A stretch of 63,978 nucleotides of DNA, the filler included, from Xylographa opegraphella (lineage: Eukaryota): assembly GCA_022813865.1 (NCBI GenBank). It is 3 parts of 3 records of this genome, joined end to end, with 100 filler letters (N's around TTAATTAATTAA, not from the genome) between each part and the next. Parts side by side here need not be neighbours in the genome. Positions count along the whole stretch, not along the records: positions 48,968 to 63,978 come from JALDZX010000154.1; 2 more parts are not named here. One strand, given 5' to 3'. Both the position numbers and the translations under genes were made by a program. Positions 50,231-61,960 of the stretch are shown here, piece after piece; within the stretch, counting starts at the first letter, position 1; each line of letters opens with the position of its first letter. A model generated the notes under the pieces. That model did no database searches and had not been told where the DNA came from. It was given only the letters and a program-made list of their open reading frames with translations.

Positions 50231-50543
50231 CAAGAATTCGAGCCCACAGCAGCGCTGCCGTTACGAAGTATTGCGGGGATGCGGGGGCAACGTCGTCCTT
50301 CTTCCTGGAGCTTAAGTAGCCAGAGCTTGGTGAGCCGCGCAGCCATATTGATCAGGTGGCCAGCATGGACATTACAATTTCGACCTTGGAGCACCTCTTA
50401 CTCTGCACATCGTCAATTTTCATTGCCTTACAAGCGTTCCAGCTGACCCTGCTCCTTGGTTGGCTTTACCTTGCCTTTCTCCTGCTTGCTGTGACGGGTC
50501 TGCTGTGACGGGTCTGCTGAGACTCCGTCCGGCACCCACCGTA

Positions 50544-53500
50544 ATGGTCTTCTCCACGCCAATGGCTTTGTTCAATGCGTTCTTCTACTTTACCATTCTG
50601 CTCAGCAACTTCTCCCAAGCCCAGAGCCCAGCGGTCGATACCTCCGCCAAGCCTCTGCTCGATCTGAATGGCGCTACGGCTACGACTATATCACCCGCAG
50701 CCGGCATTGCAACCGTAGCCGTCGGCGGTAGGGCGACGACAACTACGTTCGCCCCCTTGTTCGCAGTACCGGGTGCGGCCGATTCGGGAGCAACACTGCT
50801 TCCGAATATCGATGACCCCAACGCTGCCGATGCCCAAACGATATGCCCCGGTTACACTAGCTCAAACGTCTTGCGAACTCCCTACGGATTGACCGCGATA
50901 TTGACGCTGGCTGGGCCTGCCTGCAACATCTACGGTACCGATATAGAGACCTTAAACCTGACGGTAGAGTATCAGTCTTCGGATCGTCTCTCTGTATCGC
51001 TGGTGCCAGCCAACGTCGGTGCTTCCAATACTTCTCAATATATATTATCGTCAGATCTCATCAACAAGCCAGCCGTGGACTTGGACTCAGGTGCGAAAAG
51101 CTTGACGAATGATTTGGGTTTCTTCTGGAGCAATGAGCCTACATTTTCTTTCTCTATTGTGCGAATGTCCACAGGGGACGTCCTGTTCTCAACGCATGAT
51201 ACAAAAATTGTGTTCGAGGACCAATTCGTGGAGTTTGTCAGTCCTTTGCCAGATAATTACAACCTTTACGGCTTGGGCGAAGTTATCCATGGCCTGAGAC
51301 TAGGCAACAACTTTACAAGAGTAAGTCTCACGATACCCCTATTGGTCTTTGCTTATTTTCCTCTCTCCAGACGCTATATGCGGCCGATGCTGGTGTATGT
51401 ATCTGATTTCGCCTCAAACGTCAATCTGCTAAGGCTAACATTAGGACCCTATTGACTATAATATCTATGGGTGTAGGAGGTCTCCTGTTGCCTTCAGTTA
51501 TCTAAGATATCGGAGCTGATCTTATTCGAAGCACACCCTTTCTATCTCGACACTCGGTATTATGAAGTTAACTCCACGACGGGTGAACTAAATCTAGTGA
51601 CGAGCGGTGTCAACGAGGTGGATCCCTCTTTAGAATATGTCTCTTATTCCCACGGAGTCTACAATCGTAATGCACATGGCCAAGAGGTTTTGCTTCGGCC
51701 ACGCAACATTACGTGGCGGCAACTAGGAGGCAGCATCGATCTTTAATTCTTTTCCGGACCAACCCAGGCCGAAGTCACCTCTGCATATCTGTCGGGTGCG
51801 GCAGGGTTGCCCGCCATGCAACAATACTTTGCTTTTGGGTTTCATCAGTGTAGATGGGGCTATGCGAACTGGAGTGTGCTCCAAGAAGTTGTCGACAATT
51901 ACGCCAATTTAGAGATACCTCTAGAAAACATCTGGTAAAGCTGGGATTTTCCGGTTGACTTTGGGAGTAATGCTAACATTCTTAGGACCGATATTGACTA
52001 CATGCACTTTTACCGTGACTTCGAGAATGACCCAGTCAGGTTAAATTACAGCGAGGGTCGACAGTTCTTGTCCACGCTCCATGCGAACAACCAGCACTAC
52101 ATTCCTATTGTGCGTCAGAACTTCTCGCTTCCCACGCGGACCAGAATGACTAACAACATTGACACCCTAGGTTGACTCAGCTATATATGCTCCGAACCCA
52201 AACAACGCAAGCGATGCGTATGTCCTATCAATCCATTGAGATCGTGAGAGTTAAAGTTCTTAGATACCCGCCCTTCGACCGTGGAGTTGCTGCAGAAGCC
52301 TTCATGCTTAATCCGGATGGCAGTCTTTACATCGAGGAGGTCTGGCCTGGTATGTCACAGTCCCTGAAAACCCTAAAAATGTACATTGCTCTAAGCAATC
52401 AAACTGTGGTAGGATACACGGTTTTTCCTGACTGGATTGGCGAAGGAGCTGGGAAATGGTGGATTGACGAAATGACGACCTGGCACGGTGATATCTCCTG
52501 GGATGGGATTTGGATCGATATGTCCGAAGCTTCTTCCTTTTGTATTGGAAGTTGTGGCTCGAACAACTTGTCGTTGAACCCGGTTTACCCTGGCTTTGCT
52601 TTGCCTGGCGATCGAGGATCCCTGATCCTTTCTTATCCCGAGGGATTCAACCTTACAAACGGTACAGAAGCCGTCTCAGCTTCTGCCGCTGCCGCCAGCC
52701 AATCTTCCGCCAATGTAGCGTCGGCAGGCAACCCTTCTGCGACCCCCGCGGCGGTATCATACCTTAGGAGCACTCCAACCCCTGGTGTTCGTAATGTGGA
52801 ATACCCTCCGTATGTCATCAACAACGTGCAGGGCGAACTGGCCGTACACGCTATCGCCCCGAATGCTACTCATCATGACGGCACTCAAGAGTATGACGTC
52901 CACAACCTCTTCGGCCATCAGATCCTCAACGCCACTTATAGTGCGCTAACGAACATCTTTCCAACAAAACATCCTTTCATCATTGGCCGCTCGACTTTTC
53001 CAGGGTCAGGAGTGTTCGCCGGTCATTGGGGTGGCGATAATTTTAGTCTTTGGGCCTATATGTTCTTCTCTATCCCGCAAGCTCTGTCTTTTTCCTTGTT
53101 CGGCATTCCGATGTTTGGAGTCGATACTTGTGGCTTTCAACAAAACACAGACGAAGAGCTCTGCAACCGATGGATGCAGCTTTCCGCCTTTTTCCCGTTC
53201 TACCGCAATCACAACGATCTCAACTCTATTCCCCAAGAGGCTTATGTCTGGGCCAGCGTAGCTACTGCCACCAAAGCCGTCGTGGCCATCCGCTTCCAAC
53301 TTCTTCCCTACATGTACACACTCTTCTATCAGGCGCATACCGCTGGCAGCACTGTCATGCGTGCCATGGCCTGGGAGTTCCCCAACGACCCAAACCTCGC
53401 CAATGCAGACCGTCAGTTCTTCCTTGGGCCCGCCATTCTCGTCACCCCTGTCCTCGAACAGGGTGCCTCTTCCGTCAGCGGAATCTTTCCCGGCACTGGC

Positions 53501-54016
53501 AGAGGAGCCCTCTACTATGACTGGTATACCCAAAGGCAAGTCTCCGTCGGCATTGGGCAGAATGTTACGATCCCTGCCCCTCTAGGTCACATTCCCGTCT
53601 TTGTCCGTGGCGGCTACATCCTCCCCATACAACAGCCTGCCATGACCACCACTGACGCACGCGCCACTCCTTGGAGCATTCTTGTCGCGCTCTCTGTAGA
53701 GGGCACTGCCAGTGGCAATTTGTATCTGGATGACGGGGAGAGCCTGGTCCCGAATATGACGCTTTACGTAGAGCTCACGGCTACAGTCAATAATCAGCTT
53801 TGGGTAAGTGGTAGGGGTTTGTTCGTGGACAACAACCCGCTGGCCAATGTGACGATTTTGGGGACAGCTGCGCCGGAAAATGTGACACTGAATAGAGCAC
53901 CGATTAGGAAGAGTGGTGTGAGCTACAATGCGACAAGCAAAGTCTTGGTAATAGGTTGGCTAGAAAACATAACGGCGCAAGGAGCATGGGCGCAGGACTG
54001 GGTACTGCAATGGTGA
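50544..54016 (+). pseudogene. Secreted GH31 alpha-glucosidase with an in-frame nonsense codon at 51744-51746
   Basis: Signal peptide, CPGY, YGSHPFY, GFHQCRWGY, DIDYM, WIDMSE, HWGGDN, FGVDTCGF, FYRNHN; LGGSIDL*FFSGP where Tyr is expected. Confidence 0.88.
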
Positions 54017-54457
54017 GAGGTATAGGAAGCGAGAAACTATCAGTGTTAAGGTGTAGATGTCCACGGGCGTGCGTTTGTGACAACGATGACCAATTCCACA
54101 TTTGCGAGTGCTTTAAAAGCAGAAATGATTCGCAATGTGTATGCTGACGCTTTGCTTGGTCGTTCTTCATATCGTATTGCCGGAGCTTCCGTCGTGCGAG
54201 CTCCTCCATCCCATAGGCAGCCGTCTCCTCCGTCCGTCAGGTGTCCCCGGCTCTATCGCTTCAGCCGGTTGTACTCCTGACTCCTTCTCTTCGATAGATG
54301 GTCGATCTCCTTGGCCAGCTCCCGAGCGTAACGTTGCAAGCTCAGACTCACGTAGCTCGACTGACAAGTGTCAAAACCATGTATCGTGTCTTTCCCACTC
54401 TTCACTTGTCACCCCTAAGCCTTACCCAAAAAGGTCATTTGTGAGAAGCTACAAATT

Positions 54458-54890
54458 TTACAATTGAGCTTTCGAATGGTCACGTTCCGCCGGATTGTAC
54501 CTAGATCATCTTAGATCCAGAAAAACAATATGAGGGAAATTTCGACAACAAGGCGCCATACGAACGTACTTGAGTAATTTTTCAATCAGATCCACGTGCG
54601 TCATCAACATACGCCGGCAGCAGTAGCGTTTGCAACCCAAAGCGTCCATGGCGTCGCTACGGAGCTTGTCAGTGAGGAAGAGGGCTTATTAGCGGGTCAA
54701 GCGACAAGGAGAGCAGCAAGACGTACGCATCTGACATGCCGTCCGCGAGCATCTTGAGGTACCGCTCCCAGACATCACCGATCACCTAGTAGGAATTAGT
54801 TACTCATTGAATCGAGGGAGATGTTGGAGGGGACTAGTATAGAGGCGGAAGTACTTTGCCACATGAGAAACAACGGACGGGAGTAATCAT
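54458..54890 (-). CDS. RPB10: RNA polymerases I/II/III subunit RPABC5
   Basis: Exons 54890-54855, 54785-54727, 54656-54570, 54500-54458 give [22 protein letters not shown]...[29 protein letters not shown]...; all introns GT-AG. Confidence 0.96.
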
Positions 54891-55144
54891 GTCGCTTTAA
54901 GGTACAATAGGAGCCTCAAATGGTCAGACTAATAAAAACGGAGCGTTGCTGGACAATGTTATAGTCTGGCGGGATGCGTAGCACAAATTGCCGCGCTAGC
55001 AAAATACATTCAGCCCTACGAACTTTTTGACAACAACTTTCAGTGGTGCATATTAACTCTTCAGACCTTGACCACCTGCTTAATCAATGCTTGGATATGA
55101 AGGTATTCTAACGATCAAGAAAATTCCGGTCACACTCTCGCTGA

Positions 55145-58100
55145 ATGTCGAAACGAAAGTACAGAACAGCGCGTGATGAGCAAGAAGTTGGTGGGGCCAG
55201 CAAGAAACTCAAGACAGCTGATTCTGGAGAAGCGGAGCCAATTGTGGGCAGCATTAATCAGGAGTCTGCGCACAAGACGGATGGGCATACTGTTTCCACG
55301 AACAGAGGGCTGAAAAATAAGGGAAGGTTTGCCCGAAAGCAGAGTAGGAAAGCGAGCAGAAAGCGAAAAGTTGGAGCGGCAGGAAAGAAAGAAAATACAC
55401 AGCAAACGCCACGAACATCTCCGCCGAAAGAGACCAAGCAGCATTCCAGACGAAAAGAATCGGGATGGCAGGTCTCTGACGCTGTGGGAGGATATCTTGT
55501 CGATTTTGATCCAGTGTTTTCGATCGATGACAAGTATGTTCTGATTTATTCTTACATGCAGCTCTGCTAAAAGAACTCTAGATATCTCCTACTAGCTTAT
55601 AGATCGTCGATCCGCGTCTATGGTGTGCATACCTCCCTTTTGATACGTACATTGTCAATTAGTACGAAGCAGAATGGCATTACTGCCTTTGCGCTATCTG
55701 CCAGTAACCCTTCACAATTGTATATAGCCCTTAGCCAAGGCCTTGTTGAAAAGTGGGACTGGAAAGTGGGGCAGCGACTTGGGAAGTGGACCATAAACTC
55801 CCAGATCTCCAACATCACTGTCGCATCGCAGATTTCCCACAACGTGGAAGAGGACCTCGTCTACACAGTTGACGGTCGTGCGGGCTCTTGGTTGATTACT
55901 GCACATCATCTCCGGCTCGGGAAAGGTCTTCATCAAACAGAGGCACATACCTTGTATAAGTCCACAGAACCAATCTCGTCCTTCAAAGTGTTAGAAAGCG
56001 GCAGTGTTGTAATTGCAAGTGTGGGACGCTGCCTGATACTTGGTAACATTGCCAGTCCGCAGGCGTCAGCCTTGCAGAATATGAAGTATACGTGGCGAGA
56101 AGTTACCTGCCCGGAATTGATTACCAGTTTCGACGTCCGTATAGGTAGTGGCCATAAAGAAGCGGTTGGTGGCGGGACGAGCAAGGCCAGTCCTCAATCT
56201 CCTACTTGTGTCAACATCGCCACTGGAGGTCTGAGAGGATCAGTCTATGTATATATAGATTTGTTGGCATACCTGGTTCAGAAAGAGCGCAAGAAGAATA
56301 TGCCTATCCCCGTTGCTCGGCATCTTCACTGGCACAGGACTGGAGTTGGAGCTGTCAAGTGGTCTGCCGATGGTATGTGGCCACAGTGTTTGTCTCTAGT
56401 GGTGAATATACTTACACTATTAGGCAATTATATCATTTCTGGTGGTGGGGAAACTGTTTTGACTTTGTGGCAGCTCGACACTGGCCAAAAGCAGCTTTTG
56501 CCTCACCTTTCAGCACGAATTGAGGGCGTAGTAGTATCACCTTCGGGCAATTCCTATGCTATCCGTCTTGCGGACAACTCAGCTATGGTCGTGTCGACAG
56601 CAGAATTGCAGCCAATTGTTAGCGTCCCCGGTATACAAGTCGCAGCGCATAGACCGCCGAGTCTTCAAGTACCCGATCTCTCTCGTATTACCGAGCTGAC
56701 TGACAGACATTTCATATTTCGGCGTCCTGCAGCAGCTATTTCAAGGTCGAGTGCAGATCAGCTTCTACTTGCTGTACCAGGAGAATTGTTATCTCATGTC
56801 GGTATATCAGGGCCTAAAAACGCTGCCTATTTACAGACTCTTGATATCAGATCAGGCTCGCAAGCTTCCAGACAGGCTTTGACGCGGACCAAGGTCACAG
56901 ATAAAAACATCGGACCAGAAGCAAATTTTATCGAGGAGCCAAACGTGGTCCTCTTACAAACTGGTCATGATGGACAGTGGCTTGCAACGGTTGAGGAATG
57001 GACCCCCCCGCGACAGGATATTCATTTTCTTGCCAGAGACGAACAAGACACGATCGAAAAACAGATCTCACAGATGGAAATCTATCTAAAGTTCTGGCAG
57101 CGGGACGCGGTTTCACAGCAATGGGAGCTTGTCTCTAGAATAGAAGCACCACATCATAGTAGCGATCACTCTTCGCAATCAATAGGAAGAATCTTGGACC
57201 TTTTGGAAGATCCGTCGTGCTCAGGTTTTTCCACAGCTGGGGACAATGGAACCGTCAAAATCTGGAGGCCGAAGCTTCGCTACCGAGACGGAGTCAAGGT
57301 GAAAAGCAGGAAAGGGCAAAGCTTGGTCACATGGAGCTGTCGGCGTGATATTCCATTGACAGTATTACGCAAAGTAGAGTATGGCGGTAATAGTAAGATC
57401 ACGGCCAGACTTGCACAGTCGACAGATGGATCGCTTCTTGTTGCTGGATACCAATCCGTATCGTCATCCTCATTACACCTGATTGACATCGCGAGCGGCA
57501 ATGTCCGTACCGTCCGATCAGATATTTTCGCCGGCCCTCTGATTGGATTGGGCCTCATTGATCGATACCTTATTGTATTGGCGGAAAATCTTGTTGTATG
57601 GGACATTATCGACGATCGTATTCAATACGAAACAACAATTCGTTCATATGGTCTTTCAAGCCGGAGACAAATTGATGCCATGCATTTCGCCGTGGACCAG
57701 CAGTCCAAGAACTTTGCAGTAGCAATTCCCGAAATCACAAAATTTGGATCTGAAACTAGAATTAGGTCTCGCCTGGCAGTGTTCGAACCAACACAGCTGA
57801 CCCCTATCTCTATGAAATCACTACCTCAGACATTAATAGCACTGTTACCTTTAGAGCAGATGTGTGGATACGTTACAATTGACACGGCAGCTGAAGTACG
57901 AACTTTGACGCCAAATCCGCACCGCCTGTCCCTTCTCGTCGAACAAAAGGCACAGCCTGCTCGTCAAAATAATTTAGAAAATTCGTACAACATCAGTATT
58001 GGGACTCTACTCGACCAACCTAGGAACAGTGCACCAAATGCCTTATTACTTAATGGATCTCCAGAGTCTGTGGATACCTTATTGGTTGACAGTCCAGGCG

Positions 58101-58231
58101 ATGATGTACTCATTGTCCGCCAGCGTGAGTTAACTGAGATTTTTGATTCAGGCAATCCGCTGGCCTTACCATCCATTACTGCTCTGTTTGAGCAAGTCGT
58201 TGGTCTTTTCCTTAAAAAACCGAGTACATAA
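55145..58231 (+). CDS. NAN1: U3 snoRNP t-UTP WD40 protein Utp17/Nan1 (WDR75)
   Basis: LHWHR, WSADGNYIISGG.ETVL.LWQLDTG.KQ.LPHL, DGQWLATVEEW, YLKFW; introns 55534-55581 and 56373-56423. Confidence 0.9.
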
Positions 58232-58431
58232 GACACAAGAGAAGACATGAGGCAGAAGATTGTCTCGATTAGAATGCTTATGTAATTTTCATACCAAGAA
58301 AAGCTCAAGCAAAACATTATGCTTTCCACGTTGGTCCTCAACCTGGCCCTCGGGCGCGCTTTTATATGGAAACTATGAATCGTTCTTTCACCTTGCCAGT
58401 TCTCACGTCCTACTCCTTTTTTCTTGTCGGG

Positions 58432-59236
58432 TTACCGTGGCCCTTCCAGCGTCGCAGTCGTCGTGGGGCCACCAAGGCAAACCGTATCCACAAATGTCAT
58501 CGTCGCCATTATTGTGGTAAAAATCATAGCCGGAGACCCCATCGCCGTATACACTTGCGTCGCTGTCTGTTTTCGGTTAGCAACACTCACACCACTCTCA
58601 AAGTTCTTAACGCATACTGGCACAACACTCGAGATCGTTACGATGCTTGTCGCTGTGGTCGTTGGCACCGCCACAACCAGACAGCTACACGCGATCGCTA
58701 TCTGAGAGGGCGAGTAGTTACTAAGATACAGTGGCGTTGCAAGGTCTCTGCTTTCGACACATTCTTTCAACATTTTCGCTGTCGCGGTCGCTCTATCAAT
58801 CGGAGCGCTACTTTCGGAGCGCTACTTTCGGAGCACAATGCAGTGGTCGTTATGGTAGTGACGGTGTCGGCGTCGATTGTGATGGTTCTGACCGTCCAGT
58901 CAGCACCTTACTTCCATGCAAGTCAACTACATACATTATCGGCTGGCTCACCACTGTGTTCGTGACTGTGGCATTGGCCCACAGCGCTGTCGTTGTCTGC
59001 CGATGCACGGATCAATATGAAGACCGTTAGCTTTGATAGAAGGCCTGTTTTACCGCAGTCGCAGTCACCGTTGAGCTCGCAGCAATAGCCCAACAGAAAG
59101 AGACCGTGTCGTTGCCATGGCCTTGCAAGATCAGTATTAAGCTGTTCGCCATGCATGAGTTGGTACTCTTTAGCGGGACTGCGGCGGTAAGGATGCAAAG
59201 AAGCAATACGAGAGTGGGATAACGAAGAGCCAGCAT
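58432..59236 (-). pseudogene. Secreted Ser/Thr-rich, Cys-containing cell-surface protein frameshifted by a 14-bp tandem duplication
   Basis: Signal peptide MLALRYPTLVLLLCILTAA, C..N.L...L...FC and IAIACSC motifs, two GT-AG introns; removing one cggagcgctacttt copy at 58801-58828 restores the frame. 3' end approximate. Confidence 0.7.
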
Positions 59237-59682
59237 TATGGAAACTCCAATGCGATGATGAAGTGCTGCTGGGTGGGTCTTGAGGTCGACAGGTATCGTG
59301 AGCTGTTCGATGCAGGTGAAACGCGCGAAAAGACATTGATGGATTATCGAGTAGAGCACCGGGCTTTAGTAGATCAACGAGATCTGGAAAGCTTGACATG
59401 ACACCACCGGTTCTTCCGCTGTGGCTGAATTAGTAGCATTCTTGAAATATCTACCATCACATGAATTCCCCCGGCAGCACACTATGGCATTATAGAAGGG
59501 AGACAAACGGTTTTGCATGAAACACTTTGTGTAGGATGTGCCAGTAGAACATTCCCCGGACACTTTCCCCCGCGTCCAATATTGTGGAGCTTGCTTGCAT
59601 ATCTCAAAGAGACCCTTCCTGCGCCACAGCAACAATTAGGGCATAGTTTCTGCATACTCTATGTTGACAAAGGTTTGCTCAT

Positions 59683-59816
59683 CAAGCATTATCCACCCAC
59701 CAAGCATTATCCACCCACCAAGCATTATCCACCCACCAAGCATTATCCACCCACCAAGCATTATCCACCCACCAAGCATTATCCACCCACCAAGCATTAT
59801 CCACCCACCAAGCATT
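59683..59816 (+). repeat. 18-bp minisatellite (caagcattatccacccac)x7 plus a partial copy
   Basis: Seven perfect head-to-tail copies, no spacers. Confidence 0.97.
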
Positions 59817-59851
59817 CCCAGACGCTCGTCATGATCCGCACGGCCCTCATT

Positions 59852-61960
59852 TTACCCACGATGCGGCTCGCTGACCGGCGGCGCGATAACGCTTCCTTTT
59901 ACGTCTGCGTACTTGTTGATCCAGCCCAACGCAGTACGATACTACTTTAGCGAGTTTAAATGTTTGAGCACAAAATGATATTCATCCGGAAAGTTCAAAA
60001 AGCGGCTTTTAATGCCACACTGCTGGCAAACCGCGAAGGGAGCCAAGCCTTCAGAGATCGGGCAGCGGTAATCGAGGTCGTCGTGTATGAAAATCATAGG
60101 CTGCGTCCAGTTCTGGGTGTGCTGTGCAGGGTCATTACGGCCCCAGATCGCTTTGTCTTTCCACAGTGTTCCGTCCATGTCCGTGGGGGAGAGGAGCTGC
60201 GATGTCGGAGGAGAGCAAGTTGTAAAATGAGAAATACCCATCGTGGGAGGCAAGGGTACGAGAATGGCTTGCCTACAATCTAGTTGATCATGTAGCCGCC
60301 AAAGGAAGCACCCAGGGCAACAGCGCGGGTGGTGTCGATAAAGGGAAGGTGGGTTTTCTAGGTGAGCAAAGCAGGCAGCGAGGCCGTGGTATGAGCTACC
60401 ACTCCAATCGCCTTTTACGGCGGACGAGAATGCTCGACCAAAGGAGGTGAAGCCTGTAGGACTGGGGAGTACAACAACATAGCCTTATCAGGCAAATATG
60501 GCGGGTTCCAGCGCGTAGACCAAGCGTCACGCGATGAGTCGGCTGAACCACCATGGATAAGGAACGAGAGCGGTCATTTTTCGTTGAACTTGAAGGCCGA
60601 TGGTTTCATAATCCAGGCTTGGACGTCGCAGTCTCCTTGACCATTGAAAATTATCTCGGAGACTTGAGAAGCGTAGAGGCCAAGGGTCTGACCCCATTCG
60701 GGTGGCGCTGGAGACGAGGGAGTGGGTACCAGTGCCTGGATAGATAATGGAAATGATGCTACTCTCAGTGAATGTACTTTTGTTAATGAATAGACGTGGC
60801 TCGGATTTTGAAACGCTGGGGGGGTAGACGGAGGAAATGAGTCCATTTCAGAAAGTGGTCGCGCATATGTTGTGGGAGATCGGCTAGGATATCAAGGATT
60901 AACATAAGGCTGAACAACTTCCAACGTCCATGTTCATCAGCAGTGATGTATAGAGTGTGATCATTGCTAGCCCAGGTTATAACATTCGGCGACAATTCCC
61001 AGGGTTTTTGCGTGATATCAGAAAATACGGCAAGCTCATGAAAACTCTCAGCATCAGTAGCATCACTGATGATAAAGATTCTATTCCAGTCGGATGAGTC
61101 ATTTCCATCCTTGGTCTTGAGAAATACTGCAGAATTGCCGTTGGGCGCAAACACACCTGAGGTGGTGTCGCCGTGGTAGTCTGGGATAGGTACCTTCGGT
61201 AGCATAGGCGCAGATTCTCGGTGAAGGTACGAAGTGGAATGTACCACAAACTGGTTTGCGAACTTTCTGCCGGGTTGAACTCTGGATCTCTCGCTGTGAC
61301 CAGAAGGCCGGTAGTGGAGATGTTGAATCCTAAACCTGAGAAAGGATCACTGGGCCAGACGGGACACCTCAATGACGTGCCGTTCAGCGCATCGACAGGC
61401 GGATTATCAGACAGAGTATACCGTCGGGAATGCTGAGGCTTCTGTGGTGTAGTATACCAGAGACTACTATGGTCGGCAGTGAAGTACGTATCCCAGAACT
61501 GCACCAAAACATTTCCATACACTCTTGCAGAGGAATAAGCCTTGCAAGCTTGCGCGGGATTGTGGAGACCGCCACCGGGATTGGAGCCTGCTGTGAATGC
61601 CAAGGCAATAATACCATCATGAAGTTTCTTGATCTGGACATTTTCGATCGGTGCGGAGATGATACCTGCGCTGGAGGCACTGCAGACATATCAACAATGG
61701 TCCATACGTATGGCAGTGATAGCTACGCTTCCTCGACCTGCCCGATGGTGTCAAACGTGTGTATAGTATTGCGATCTGCTTCTCTCAGCGACAAAATCTA
61801 TATACTGCTGAATCAGATTAAATTTCTATTATAGCTATCGTTGGTAAAAAGACTCGTGACGCCGGTTCGAAGCTTTACAACTCTTATCTCCTTCGTCTTC
61901 GAATACGAATCCAGAGAGTACGTGAATATAAAACACAGGGCGTAGCTTTCATCGTATTAC
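59852..61960 (-). pseudogene. Dipeptidyl peptidase V (S9 family) pseudogene
   Basis: TYSLDSYSKTKEIRV, YGNVLVQFWDTY, HGG...WSTRWNP, RAVALGASFGGYMIN*, IHDDLDYRCPISEGL, FLNFPDEYHFVLK; several frameshifts and stop codons; the 5' end runs into AT-rich DNA. Confidence 0.9.

Noticed and set aside
59513..59950. ORF with (KHYPPT)7, or a CRISPR-like array
   Set aside because: The repeats are head-to-tail with no spacers in a eukaryote; the ORF is kept open by a 3n repeat unit and overlaps the DPP5 relic antisense.
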